Below are positions 13,806-29,948 of a DNA stretch of 64,000 nt, piece by piece. The notes beneath the pieces are model-generated. The model saw only the letters and a list, made by a program, of their open reading frames with translations. It searched no databases and was not told where the DNA came from. The DNA comes from Eledone cirrhosa (lineage: Eukaryota): the NCBI GenBank assembly GCA_964016885.1, contig OZ024741.1, positions 388,926,001-388,990,000 on the forward strand, given 5' to 3'. Both the position numbers and the translations under genes were made by a program. Position 1 is the stretch's first letter. Each line of letters begins with the position of its first letter.

Positions 13806-14121
13806 ATTTTAATATAGTACTTGTATATATTTTATCAGGTCAGCTTCAACAGGATTTTAACTGTCAACAGTAATGTACCATATGAACAATAATAAAACGT
13901 TTATTTCACTATTTTATTTCATCACCACTCTATAGATTTTAGAAGGTAAATATTGTTATTCATTAATTTGGTTAGTCATGCTTTACATCAAACATCATGT
14001 TTAATTTGAAAGTTTAGCAAATTATATTAACTAATTTAAGATATTCAGTAAAATTATCCAATTAACTTAAGGAATATTGGTTATAACATAATTTCATTTG
14101 TCCTTTCATTCAAATTCCTGT

Positions 14122-14460
14122 ATTCAGATGAATCCTTCAAAGTAACAATTATCTGTAATTCTCTTAAATCCCTTTCTACCAAGCTTTACCATCTTTCTTT
14201 CATTTAATCATCTTTAATAATCTACCCTAAAAGTCTTCTGTAATTTATAATTCTTCTCATGCCTCATGTATAACTTTTTATCTGTTATTGGTAATGTTGA
14301 TACAATTAAAAAGAACTAACATTACATATAATCTGATTAATTAGGCTGTCTAGATATTTATATTACTATTTAAATGTTTTTTCTTCCGGGGGAAGGCATG
14401 TGGACTTGTGGTTATGGTGTTGGATTCAGTACCATGAGGTCATGTGTTCAACTCCTGAAT
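14122..14460 (-). repeat. Right arm of long inverted repeat
   Basis: Reverse complement of 9570-9894; includes a SINE family B head at ~14396-14460. Confidence 0.95.
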
Positions 14461-15399
14461 GGCTTGGCCCCTTTCCTTTTTTCTTCCATCTTAAAAATAT
14501 CTACATGTACTTACTTTATTGCTAAGTTTTACAAAACATATGTATTGTATCAAAGTGCAAAATCAAATTTGTCATTACAAGCTCATTGTCTCCTGTCATG
14601 AAAGACATTTTGCCTTTTAAACATAAGTGATTCACTACACTGCATGTCCCTAACATAGAGGCTATGGAGTATTCGAGAGTTGATATAAAACCTATTTTAT
14701 TTGAAAATCAGTATGGGTTCAAATCTCACCAGAGGTACTGTGCTGGGCTGTTTCAAATATACCTTTGTTTGTTACTGATTTATATCCCATCTTTGTTTAA
14801 TTAAGTTAAGAGTCACCATTTTGTAGAGAGTATACATCATTGTATTAAATTAAATAAACTGCAAGAGGAAATATTTTGGTGCAAATTCATATCATTTGCA
14901 TGTCAAAAATGTAGTTTTCTCTTAATACACATTTGTTTCATTGATAGATACACCACAAAACACACACACATATGTACATACTTACGAGCAGAAAACTGCC
15001 CCAGGGGCAGTATTTCTGCTTGTTTCCAATATCTTTAACATTAGTAGTAACCACTAGGATTATATTTATTTGGTGACTAGGAAAAAATATTTGAGGTTAA
15101 CTAACATTATTCTTTGGCTGAGTAAGCAAGGAAGAAACCTCTGAATGTTTCTGACTTATTAAGCTTCATCAACAGAAATATAACCTTTGCCATTGTTTGC
15201 TGGCACTATAACTACTAGTTTGATGTAAAGACATGTTTAAAGTAAACATGGAGTGGCGCTGGAAAATAAGATAAATGGAGAATTTAATTTGAAAGCAGCA
15301 TTAACAGCATATTTCATTAAATTTATCTATTACTTTTGCTATTTTAGTTAATTTTTTCTCTTCCTCCACAAATCCTAATTCTAGCGTATTTTAATTCTA

Positions 15400-18300
15400 A
15401 TTCTAGCGTATTTTCAAAACAATCCATATTTCGTATCAAGTCCAAATAGCCAATCTATCGCTAAAACAAACTACATTTTTTGTTTTTATTAATTGTTAAA
15501 TACGAAAGTTTTTGGTCGTATTGAACAGAACAAATTTTGTATTTTTGTTAATCGCTTGTTAAATGCAAGGACCCCATTCAATCATTACCTTCTATCTAGC
15601 TACCCAACACCCCTCCCTCCCACCCCCACGCACCACCATTGCTATTACGTGGACCAATCATAAAACAGAGCCCCCACGCATCACCAGTATTATTACGCGG
15701 ACCAATCAGAAGCCAGAGGCCTATACTATCGCTTGCCTGGTTGCCTTTCGATATATGATGGATGGATGGACTGCGGAATCCTGGAGAGTGGAGGAGAGAG
15801 AGAGAAAAATCTGGACGCTCAAGCGACAATGCCAAAGATAAAGACAAATTCACCTCTTGGACGAGAATGCGAGCACTCATTGTTTCGACCGCGGACGGCT
15901 AACATAACCCCATCGCCCCCCGCCCCCCACCGCCCCCAACCCCCAAACGCAATCCAAAACTTCAGAGTTGGTACCATAAATGTAGGCACCCTAAAGGGTC
16001 GCGCTAACGAGGTTGTAGAAATGCTTGAACGTAAGGAGGTCGATGTTTGTTGTATTCAAGAGACCAGGTGGAGGGGTGGGTCTGCTAGGTTCATTGAGGG
16101 TAAAAAACGATGTTATAAGCTTTTCTGGGTGGGAAACGACGATGGGCTGGGTGGAGTAGGAATCATGGTAGCAGAAAAGTGGGCAGATAAGATAATAGAC
16201 GTACATAGAGTGAACGACAGAATAATTAAAATACGACTTGTCCTCAATAGAACTACGGTGACAGTAATATCTGCGTACGCACCCCAATCCGGACTGCCCG
16301 GCACTATAAAAGACAGATTCTATGAGACACTGATGCTAACTACCTCCCAAATATCCGACAGTGACTATATAATTATCGCAGGCGACCTAAATGGTCACGT
16401 TGGACAACATTGTGACGGCTACGACGAAATCCATGGAGGCTATGGGTTTGGTACTAGAAATGAGGAAGGCTCCAGAATCCTGGAATTCTGTGATGCAAAT
16501 AACCTAACTATCTGTAACACTAACTTCAAAAAACGTGACAATCACCTGATCACCTATAGATCCGGGGAACACACAAGCCAGGTAGATTATATCCTTACCA
16601 GAAGACGTGACAGAGTGTCTGTTGTAAACACTAAATCCCTCCCCCATGAAGAATGCACCTCCCAACATAGACTGATAATTAGCGACCTCATAGTCAGGAC
16701 GAGACGTACTCGACAGCAGAAGAGGACTATCCTCAGGAGAAAAATATGGAAGCTAAAGGACCCCACAGCCAGGAATAAATTTCAAAGCATATTACTTGAT
16801 GCTTTCGACAGTAAGGAAGAACATTTAGAGTCGGACAATATAGAGGGAGAGTGGGAATTTCTGAAAGCAAACCTGCTGTTGGCGACAGACGAAGTCTGTG
16901 GCTGGAGCAGGCCTGTAGGCAGGAGGAGAGTAACATGGTGGTGGAACAGTAAGGTGGAGGGGTCAATTAAGGCCAAAAAGCAGGCTTGGAAAGTATGGCG
17001 GGATGGGGGAAGTAGAGAAGACTATCAAGTGGCCAGGAGGGAAGCTAGGAGACAAGTGTACTTAGCAAGAAGGGAAGCTGAGGAAAGAAAGTTCAAGCAT
17101 GTTCTACAACGCGATGACCAAAAACGTGAGGTGTTCAGGATTGCTAGGCAATGCGTCAAGGAAAACCGTGATATTGTCGGGGAGAAGTGTGTACTAAACG
17201 ACGATGGCACACTTGCCATCACCGACGCTGATAAGAAGGTAGCTTGGAAGTGTCACTATGAAAGGCTACTAAATGAGGAGAATAAATGGGAGAAAGACAG
17301 TCTCCCCCATATCGACTCAATAGAGGGACCAGCAGTGTTAGTCGAGGGGAGTATAATAAGTAAGGCAATCAAGGATATGAAGACGGGTAAGGCGGCTGGG
17401 CCTTCGGAAATAGTTGCTGAGATGCTGAAGGCATCTGGCACGGTGGGGACACACCATGGTCACCCGCATAGTTAACCAAGTCGTACAGAATGGGGTTGTT
17501 CCGAAGGACTGGCATAGCAGCATCATCGTTAACTGTTATAAGGGTAAAGGAGACGCCCTAGATAGGAGTAACTATAGAGGCATTAAATTAATCAACCAGG
17601 TCATGAAGGTCACGGAAAAAGTAATAGCGCAACTAATCAGAGAGAGAATTGACCTAAATGAAATACAGTTCGGGTTTGTGTCAGGCAAAAGTACCACAGA
17701 CGCTCTTTTCATAGTACGACAACTACAGGAGAAGTACCTAGCTAAAGGTAAACCCCTCTACTTAGATTTTGTCGACTTGGAGAAAGCCTTCGACAGAGTC
17801 CCCCGCTCCATTATCTGGTGGGCTCTTAGAAAACTAGGCGTTGACGAATGGCTTGTGAGGGCTATACAAGCCATGTATAAAGAAACAGTCAGCAAGGTTA
17901 GAATTAACAACGAATATAGTGAAGAGTTTAGCGTAAAAGTTGGCGTCCATCAGGGCTCTGTTCTCAGCCCACTACTATTTATTATTGCCCTTCAGGCTAT
18001 AACAGAGGAGTTCAAGACAGGCTGCCCATGGGAACTCCTATACGCAGACGACCTGACACTCATAGCGGAATCAATGGCCGAGCTAGAGAAGAAATTCCAA
18101 ACATGGAAGCACGGCCTAGAGTCAAAAGGACTTAAAATTAACCTGGCTAAGACCAAAGTACTAGTTTGTAGGAAAGAAAACAAGGCGGCGGTCCCTTCTG
18201 GGAAATGGTCGTGCTCGGTGTGTAGGAAAGGCGTAGGTAGAAACTCCATTTTATGTCCTAAATGCAAAGTATGGGTGCATAAAAGATGTAGTGGGATCAC

Positions 18301-19390
18301 AGGTAAGCTAACTAAGAACATAGATTTTACATGTGGCCGGTGCTCTGGTGCAATAAGTAGCAGCAAGTGCCCACAAAATACTAGCTCTTTCAATTGCGCA
18401 GAGGGTTCTATAGAAATAGTGGACAGCTTCCGTTACCTGGGCGATAAAATCAGCAGTGGGGGAGGGTGCTCTGAAAGTACTGTAGCTAGAGTCAGAACTG
18501 GTTGGAAAAAGTTCAGAGAGCTTATACCATTATTAGCTGCTAAAGGGTTCTCACTAAAAATGAAAGGCAGGTTGTACGATGCCTGCATACGAACAGCAAT
18601 GCTGCATGGCAGTGAGACCTGGGCATTGTGTGCAGAGGATATACGCAGACTAGAGAGGAACGAAGCTTGCATGCTCCGCTGGATGTGTAACAGTAATATA
18701 CGTGAACGGCAAAGCATAAACGAAATAAGGAAAAAATTAGAGATAAGAGGGATCAGATGTTGTTTACTCGAGAGAAGGCTACGTTGGTATGGACACGTGA
18801 TGCGCATGAAAGTCGATAGCTGTATAACAAAGTGCAGGGCAATAAAGATAGACGGTAGTCACGGAATAGGCAGACCTAGAAAAACCTGGGACGAGCTGAT
18901 AAACTCCGACATCACACACTTACACCTCTCCAAGACAATGTCACTGGACCGAGACCTTTGGCGGTACTCAGTAACAGAGAAGACCCGCCTTACCTAAATA
19001 TATAGTAAAACCTACTCCAGCCAGTAGGCATCTCTAACAAAATACACCCCGTCCCACCACCCCCACCCCCACCCCATCCACACCACCCCGTTCTATGTAA
19101 AGTTATGTTGGTGCCGCGCCATCGAGGCCGAAACAAATGAGATCGTGTAGGTGTCACGACAGAAAAACACACAGTCCACGCTGTAATGTGGCCGTGTAGG
19201 CAACACGGTAAAAACCTCTGACCCACACTGTAAATGTGGTTGGTGTTAGGAAGGGCATCCAACTGTAGAAAACCTGCCAGACAGTCCTATGCGAGCAAGA
19301 CAATCACTCTTGCCTCAAGTGGGACTACCCCCGTCCAAACCCATGCAAGCGTGGAACACGGACGTTAAACGATGATGATGATGATGATGA
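15400..19390 (+). mobile_element. Near full-length RTE-clade LINE (copy 1)
   Basis: CpG-rich leader, single APE-RT ORF with one frameshift, 3' UTR with ggaagggcatcc motif and (GAT)n tail; 5' boundary approximate, no TSD found. Confidence 0.9.
15829..18997 (+). pseudogene. RTE ORF (AP endonuclease + reverse transcriptase + PHD-like finger), frameshifted near 17445-17448
   Basis: EN motifs GTINV, IQETRW, AGDLNGH, SQVDY; RT motifs DLEKAFD, HQGSVLSP, LLYADD, FRYLG, RLRWYGH; ORFs 15733-17475 and 17456-18997 join if one G is removed; start codon uncertain. Confidence 0.9.
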
Positions 19391-19454
19391 AAGATGAAAT
19401 TTGTTGATTTTGTAATTTGAACATCAATCTACATATTTATATAATGTAAATAGT

Positions 19455-19650
19455 TGTTGTTTAACCCTAGTTCAGGTCTGAGCAGACCTGTGACCAGGCA
19501 TTCCAGCCATGACCATACCATCATTTTTAAGCATAGCACACCCCAAATGACATTATCCAATTTGTTGTTTTTTATGTTTTTTTATGAGATTAAAGTGAGA
19601 ATTGACGGAGATGTAGCTGGTATTTCTTTCAGGGTGAACAACCTCATAGT
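19455..19650. repeat. Unclassified interspersed repeat
   Basis: gtttaaccc...gagcagacct.tga.ca.gcattccagc...acattatccaat; related segments at ~52348-52740. Confidence 0.5.
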
Positions 19651-19655
19651 GCCCC

Positions 19656-19657
<2 letters not shown>

Positions 19658-19699
<42 letters not shown>

Positions 19700-19738
19700 C
19701 TTTCTCTCTCTCTCTATATATATATTTATATATATATT

Positions 19739-19770
<32 letters not shown>

Positions 19771-19782
19771 TATATATATATA

Positions 19783-19831
<49 letters not shown>

Positions 19832-19905
19832 ATATGTATATTTATATAATTTATATGTATATTTATATAATTTATATGTATATTTATATAATTTATATAT
19901 ATATT

Positions 19906-19955
<50 letters not shown>

Positions 19956-20034
19956 TATATATATATATTTATATATATTTATATATTTATATATATTTAT
20001 ATATATATATATATATTTATATATATTTATATAT
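19658..20034. repeat. (CT)n followed by degenerate (TA)n microsatellite
   Basis: Direct reading. Confidence 0.97.
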
Positions 20035-20537
20035 ATTGGAATAAATGCTCTGAAATAGCGATATATATGTGAATATAGACATAGAATATTCGAAAATATT
20101 CTGTATGTTTATAATAAACATTTTGAAGACCTAATCGCTATAGAATAGAATACGTCACGTATTACAATTAGATTCTCGATAAAAGCAAGGGAAGTAATCT
20201 ACGCGTTTCATTCTTATTAGAAATCTTCAGGACTACATATCCAGTGCTTTTATCGAGAATGACACAGCTAGAGACTTATAGAATACTTAGCTGTGTACAG
20301 GAACTGGTTTGAAAGAGCGGTTGCCGGTCCGGCAGAAATTAGAAATTGGAATAAATGCTCTGAAATAGCGATATATATGTGAATATAGACATAGAATATT
20401 CGAAAATATTCTGTATGTTTATAATAAACATTTTAAAGACCTAATCGCTATAGAATAGAATACGTCACGTATTACAATTAGATTCTCGATAAAAGCAAGG
20501 GAAGTAATCTACGCGTTTCATTCTTATTAGAAATCTT
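20035..20537 (-). repeat. Inverted arm of the 310-bp array (~1.6 units)
   Basis: ataaatgctc recurs at 20041 and 20351; the segment is the reverse complement of the downstream units. Confidence 0.97.
20172..20260 (-). ncRNA. Minimal type I hammerhead ribozyme (minus-strand copy)
   Basis: Reverse complement of the 20754-20842 motif; core at 20194-20236. Confidence 0.8.
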
Positions 20538-23500
20538 TGTAATACGTGACGTATTCTATTCTATAGCGATTAGGTCTTCAAAATGTTTATTATAAACATA
20601 CAGAATATTTTCGAATATTCTATGTCTATATTCACATATATATCGCTATTTCAGAGCATTTATTCCAATTTCTAATTTCTGCCGGACCGGCAACCGCTCT
20701 TTCAAACCAGTTCCTGTACACAGCTAAGTATTCTATAAGTCTCTAGCTGTGTCATTCTCGATAAAAGCACTGGATATGTAGTCCTGAAGATTTCTAATAA
20801 GAATGAAACGCGTAGATTACTTCCCTTGCTTTTATCGAGAATCTAATTGTAATACGTGACGTATTCTATTCTATAGCGATTAGGTCTTCAAAATGTTTAT
20901 TATAAACATACAGAATATTTTCGAATATTCTATGTCTATATTCACATATATATCGCTATTTCAGAGCATTTATTCCAATTTCTAATTTCTGCCGGACCGG
21001 CAACCGCTCTTTCAAACCAGTTCCTGTACACAGCTAAGTATTCTATAAGTCTCTAGCTGTGTCATTCTCGATAAAAGCACTGGATATGTAGTCCTGAAGA
21101 TTTCTAATAAGAATGAAACGCGTAGATTACTTCCCTTGCTTTTATCGAGAATCTAATTGTAATACGTGACGTATTCTATTCTATAGCGATTAGGTCTTCA
21201 AAATGTTTATTATAAACATACAGAATATTTTCGAATATTCTATGTCTATATTCACATATATATCGCTATTTCAGAGCATTTATTCCAATTTCTAATTTCT
21301 GCCGGACCGGCAACCGCTCTTTCAAACCAGTTCCTGTACACAGCTAAGTATTCTATAAGTCTCTAGCTGTGTCATTCTCGATAAAAGCACTGGATATGTA
21401 GTCCTGAAGATTTCTAATAAGAATGAAACGCGTAGATTACTTCCCTTGCTTTTATCGAGAATCTAATTGTAATACGTGACGTATTCTATTCTATAGCGAT
21501 TAGGTCTTCAAAATGTTTATTATAAACATACAGAATATTTTCGAATATTCTATGTCTATATTCACATATATATCGCTATTTCAGAGCATTTATTCCAATT
21601 TCTAATTTCTGCCGGACCGGCAACCGCTCTTTCAAACCAGTTCCTGTACACAGCTAAGTATTCTATAAGTCTCTAGCTGTGTCATTCTCGATAAAAGCAC
21701 TGGATATGTAGTCCTGAAGATTTCTAATAAGAATGAAACGCGTAGATTACTTCCCTTGCTTTTATCGAGAATCTAATTGTAATACGTGACGTATTCTATT
21801 CTATAGCGATTAGGTCTTCAAAATGTTTATTATAAACATACAGAATATTTTCGAATATTCTATGTCTATATTCACATATATATCGCTATTTCAGAGCATT
21901 TATTCCAATTTCTAATTTCTGCCGGACCGGCAACCGCTCTTTCAAACCAGTTCCTGTACACAGCTAAGTATTCTATAAGTCTCTAGCTGTGTCATTCTCG
22001 ATAAAAGCACTGGATATGTAGTCCTGAAGATTTCTAATAAGAATGAAACGCGTAGATTACTTCCCTTGCTTTTATCGAGAATCTAATTGTAATACGTGAC
22101 GTATTCTATTCTATAGCGATTAGGTCTTCAAAATGTTTATTATAAACATACAGAATATTTTCGAATATTCTATGTCTATATTCACATATATATCGCTATT
22201 TCAGAGCATTTATTCCAATTTCTAATTTCTGCCTGACCGGCAACCGCTCTTTCAAACCAGTTCCTGTACACAGCTAAGTATTCTATAAGTCTCTAGCTGT
22301 GTCATTCTCGATAAAAGCACTGGATATGTAGTCCTGAAGATTTCTAATAAGAATGAAACGCGTAGATTACTTCCCTTGCTTTTATCGAGAATCTAATTGT
22401 AATACGTGACGTATTCTATTCTATAGCGATTAGGTCTTCAAAATGTTTATTATAAACATACAGAATATTTTCGAATATTCTATGTCTATATTCACATATA
22501 TATCGCTATTTCAGAGCATTTATTCCAATTTCTAATTTCTGCCGGACCGGCAACCGCTCTTTCAAACCAGTTCCTGTACACAGCTAAGTATTCTATAAGT
22601 CTCTAGCTGTGTCATTCTCGATAAAAGCACTGGATATGTAGTCCTGAAGATTTCTAATAAGAATGAAACGCGTAGATTACTTCCCTTGCTTTTATCGAGA
22701 ATCTAATTGTAATACGTGACGTATTCTATTCTATAGCGATTAGGTCTTCAAAATGTTTATTATAAACATACAGAATATTTTCGAATATTCTATGTCTATA
22801 TTCACATATATATCGCTATTTCAGAGCATTTATTCCAATTTCTAATTTCTGCCGGACCGGCAACCGCTCTTTCAAACCAGTTCCTGTACACAGCTAAGTA
22901 TTCTATAAGTCTCTAGCTGTGTCATTCTCGATAAAAGCACTGGATATGTAGTCCTGAAGATTTCTAATAAGAATGAAACGCGTAGATTACTTCCCTTGCT
23001 TTTATCGAGAATCTAATTGTAATACGTGACGTATTCTATTCTATAGCGATTAGGTCTTCAAAATGTTTATTATAAACATACAGAATATTTTCGAATATTC
23101 TATGTCTATATTCACATATATATCGCTATTTCAGAGCATTTATTCCAATTTCTAATTTCTGCCTGACCGGCAACCGCTCTTTCAAACCAGTTCCTGTACA
23201 CAGCTAAGTATTCTATAAGTCTCTAGCTGTGTCATTCTCGATAAAAGCACTGGATATGTAGTCCTGAAGATTTCTAATAAGAATGAAACGCGTAGATTAC
23301 TTCCCTTGCTTTTATCGAGAATCTAATTGTAATACGTGACGTATTCTATTCTATAGCGATTAGGTCTTCAAAATGTTTATTATAAACATACAGAATATTT
23401 TCGAATATTCTATGTCTATATTCACATATATATCGCTATTTCAGAGCATTTATTCCAATTTCTAATTTCTGCCGGACCGGCAACCGCTCTTTCAAACCAG

Positions 23501-24665
23501 TTCCTGTACACAGCTAAGTATTCTATAAGTCTCTAGCTGTGTCATTCTCGATAAAAGCACTGGATATGTAGTCCTGAAGATTTCTAATAAGAATGAAACG
23601 CGTAGATTACTTCCCTTGCTTTTATCGAGAATCTAATTGTAATACGTGACGTACTCTATTCTATAGCGATTAGGTCTTCAAAATGTTTATTATAAACATA
23701 CAGAATATTTTCGAATATTCTATGTCTATATTCACATATATATCGCTATTTCAGAGCATTTATTCCAATTTCTAATTTCTGCCGGACCGGCAACCGCTCT
23801 TTCAAACCAGTTCCTGTACACAGCTAAGTATTCTATAAGTCTCTAGCTGTGTCATTCTCGATAAAAGCACTGGATATGTAGTCCTGAAGATTTCTAATAA
23901 GAATGAAACGCGTAGATTACTTCCCTTGCTTTTATCGAGAATCTAATTGTAATACGTGACGTATTCTATTCTATAGCGATTAGGTCTTCAAAATGTTTAT
24001 TATAAACATACAGAATATTTTCGAATATTCTATGTCTATATTCACATATATATCGCTATTTCAGAGCATTTATTCCAATTTTTAATTTCTGCCGGACCGG
24101 CAACCGCTCTTTCAAACCAGTTCCTGTACACAGCTAAGTATTCTATAAGTCTCTAGCTGTGTCATTCTCGATAAAAGCACTGGATATGTAGTCCTGAAGA
24201 TTTCTAATAAGAATGAAACGCGTAGATTACTTCCCTTGCTTTTATCGAGAATCTAATTGTAATACGTGACGTATTCTATTCTATAGCGATTAGGTCTTCA
24301 AAATGTTTATTATAAACATACAGAATATTTTCGAATATTCTATGTCTATATTCACATATATATCGCTATTTCAGAGCATTTATTCCAATTTCTAATTTCT
24401 GCCGGACCGGCAACCGCTCTTTCAAACCAGTTCCTGTACACAGCTAAGTATTCTATAAGTCTCTAGCTGTGTCATTCTCGATAAAAGCACTGGATATGTA
24501 GTCCTGAAGATTTCTAATAAGAATGAAACGCGTAGATTACTTCCCTTGCTTTTATCGAGAATCTAATTGTAATACGTGACGTATTCTATTCTATAGCGAT
24601 TAGGTCTTCAAAATGTTTATTATAAACATACAGAATATTTTCGAATATTCTATGTCTATATTCAT

Positions 24666-24666
<1 letters not shown>
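20537..24666 (+). mobile_element. Tandem array of ~13.3 x 310-bp hammerhead-containing monomers (putative non-LTR retrozyme / Penelope-associated repeat)
   Basis: aatacgtgac recurs every 310 bp from 20541 to 24571; units almost identical; one hammerhead core per full unit; no ORF. Confidence 0.85.
20754..20842 (+). ncRNA. Minimal type I hammerhead ribozyme (first of 13 copies, period 310, last core at 24504)
   Basis: gtagtc-CTGAAGA-t.ttct.aata.agaa.t-GAAA-CGCG-TA-gattac: stem I gtagtc/gattac extended by a perfect 16-bp helix (20754-20769 with 20827-20842); palindromic ACGCGT stem III; predicted cleavage after GUA at 20814. Confidence 0.85.
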
Positions 24667-24986
<320 letters not shown>

Positions 24987-25539
24987 ATTTATGTAAAACA
25001 ATATATCTTTTTCTCAGTTATAAAAACTATCTCTTTCTCTCTATCACCCATCTCTCCCTCTCCCTCTCCACCTTCACTCTCATCTCCTCCCCCTTTTTTC
25101 ACCCCCCACCCCTCCATAAATAAAATATTCTTTCCTCGCACATATCCTCCCTTCATTAATTTCAAATTTTTAATTTATACATTATCTTCCAACGGTTTTC
25201 AACCTCTCTATGTAAAACAATATATCTCCTCTCAGTTATAAAAACTATCTCTTTCTTTCTCTCTATCACCCATCTCTCCCTCTCATCTCCTCCCCTTTTT
25301 CATCCTTTCCACCCCCCTCTCTAAATAAAATATTTTTCCCAATATCACACATCAATCTAAAACCACTTTTCATATGTTGATTTAAAACTGCACTATCCAC
25401 AAGTGTTTTTTAGCCTTCATATCATGTTCTCCTGTTTTATCTGATGAAAACACAAATATTATTGCATGATGATGTTTGTTTTTGAAATGCGCATAATAAA
25501 ATACATGGAACTCCTTTAACCATCTTTTGATCTTATATT

Positions 25540-25540
<1 letters not shown>
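24987..25540 (+). mobile_element. Putative Penelope-like pseudo-LTR remnant
   Basis: Pyrimidine-rich ~150-bp direct duplication (24990 and 25209) followed by a hammerhead motif; embedded in (TA)n; no PLE ORF seen. Confidence 0.5.
25426..25511 (+). ncRNA. Second type I hammerhead ribozyme
   Basis: gttttat-CTGATGA-(~15-bp stem II)-GAAA-TGCGCA-TA-ataaaat; palindromic ATGCGCAT stem III; predicted cleavage after AUA at 25495. Confidence 0.75.
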
Positions 25541-29514
<3,974 letters not shown>

Positions 29515-29517
<3 letters not shown>

Positions 29518-29948
29518 TCATCATCATCATTTTACGTCCGCTTTTCCCTGCTTGCAACGGTGGGACGGGTCTTATTCAGCACAGCATCTCTCCACTCGTC
29601 ACGGTCCCTCGTCATCTCCACCGTGAGCTTCAATGATCTGAGGTCTGTTCTCACCACCTCCGCCCATGTTTTTCGTGGTTTACCTCTACCACGTCTTCCT
29701 TCAACTGGCAATTCCTGGCACTTCTTCACCCATCGGTCATCCTCTATGCGCATCACATATCCATACTACCTCAGTCTCCTCTCCCGTACACTACATTCTA
29801 TCCCTCTCAGACACAGTTTCTCTCTCAACACATTTATGCTGGGTCGTTCACGCACATTTACACTGCACATCCAACGGAGCATGCTTGCCTCATTTCTCTC
29901 CAGCCGTCGCATATCCTCTGCAGTTGCTGCCCATGTCTCACTACCATA
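29515..29948 (-). mobile_element. 5'-truncated RTE of a third subfamily with very short 3' UTR
   Basis: YGSETWA...[13 protein letters not shown]...RERRLR*YG...GRGKPRKTW; (GAT)n tail faces copy 2. Confidence 0.88.

Noticed and set aside
15991-18807. Antisense ORFs inside the RTE elements (also 26252-28801)
   Set aside because: Shadow frames of the sense ORF with no independent motifs.
19454-20058. YI-rich ORFs (also 24613-24987, 25527-25883, 29185-29955, 57887-58411)
   Set aside because: Translations of (TA)n and (CT)n microsatellites.
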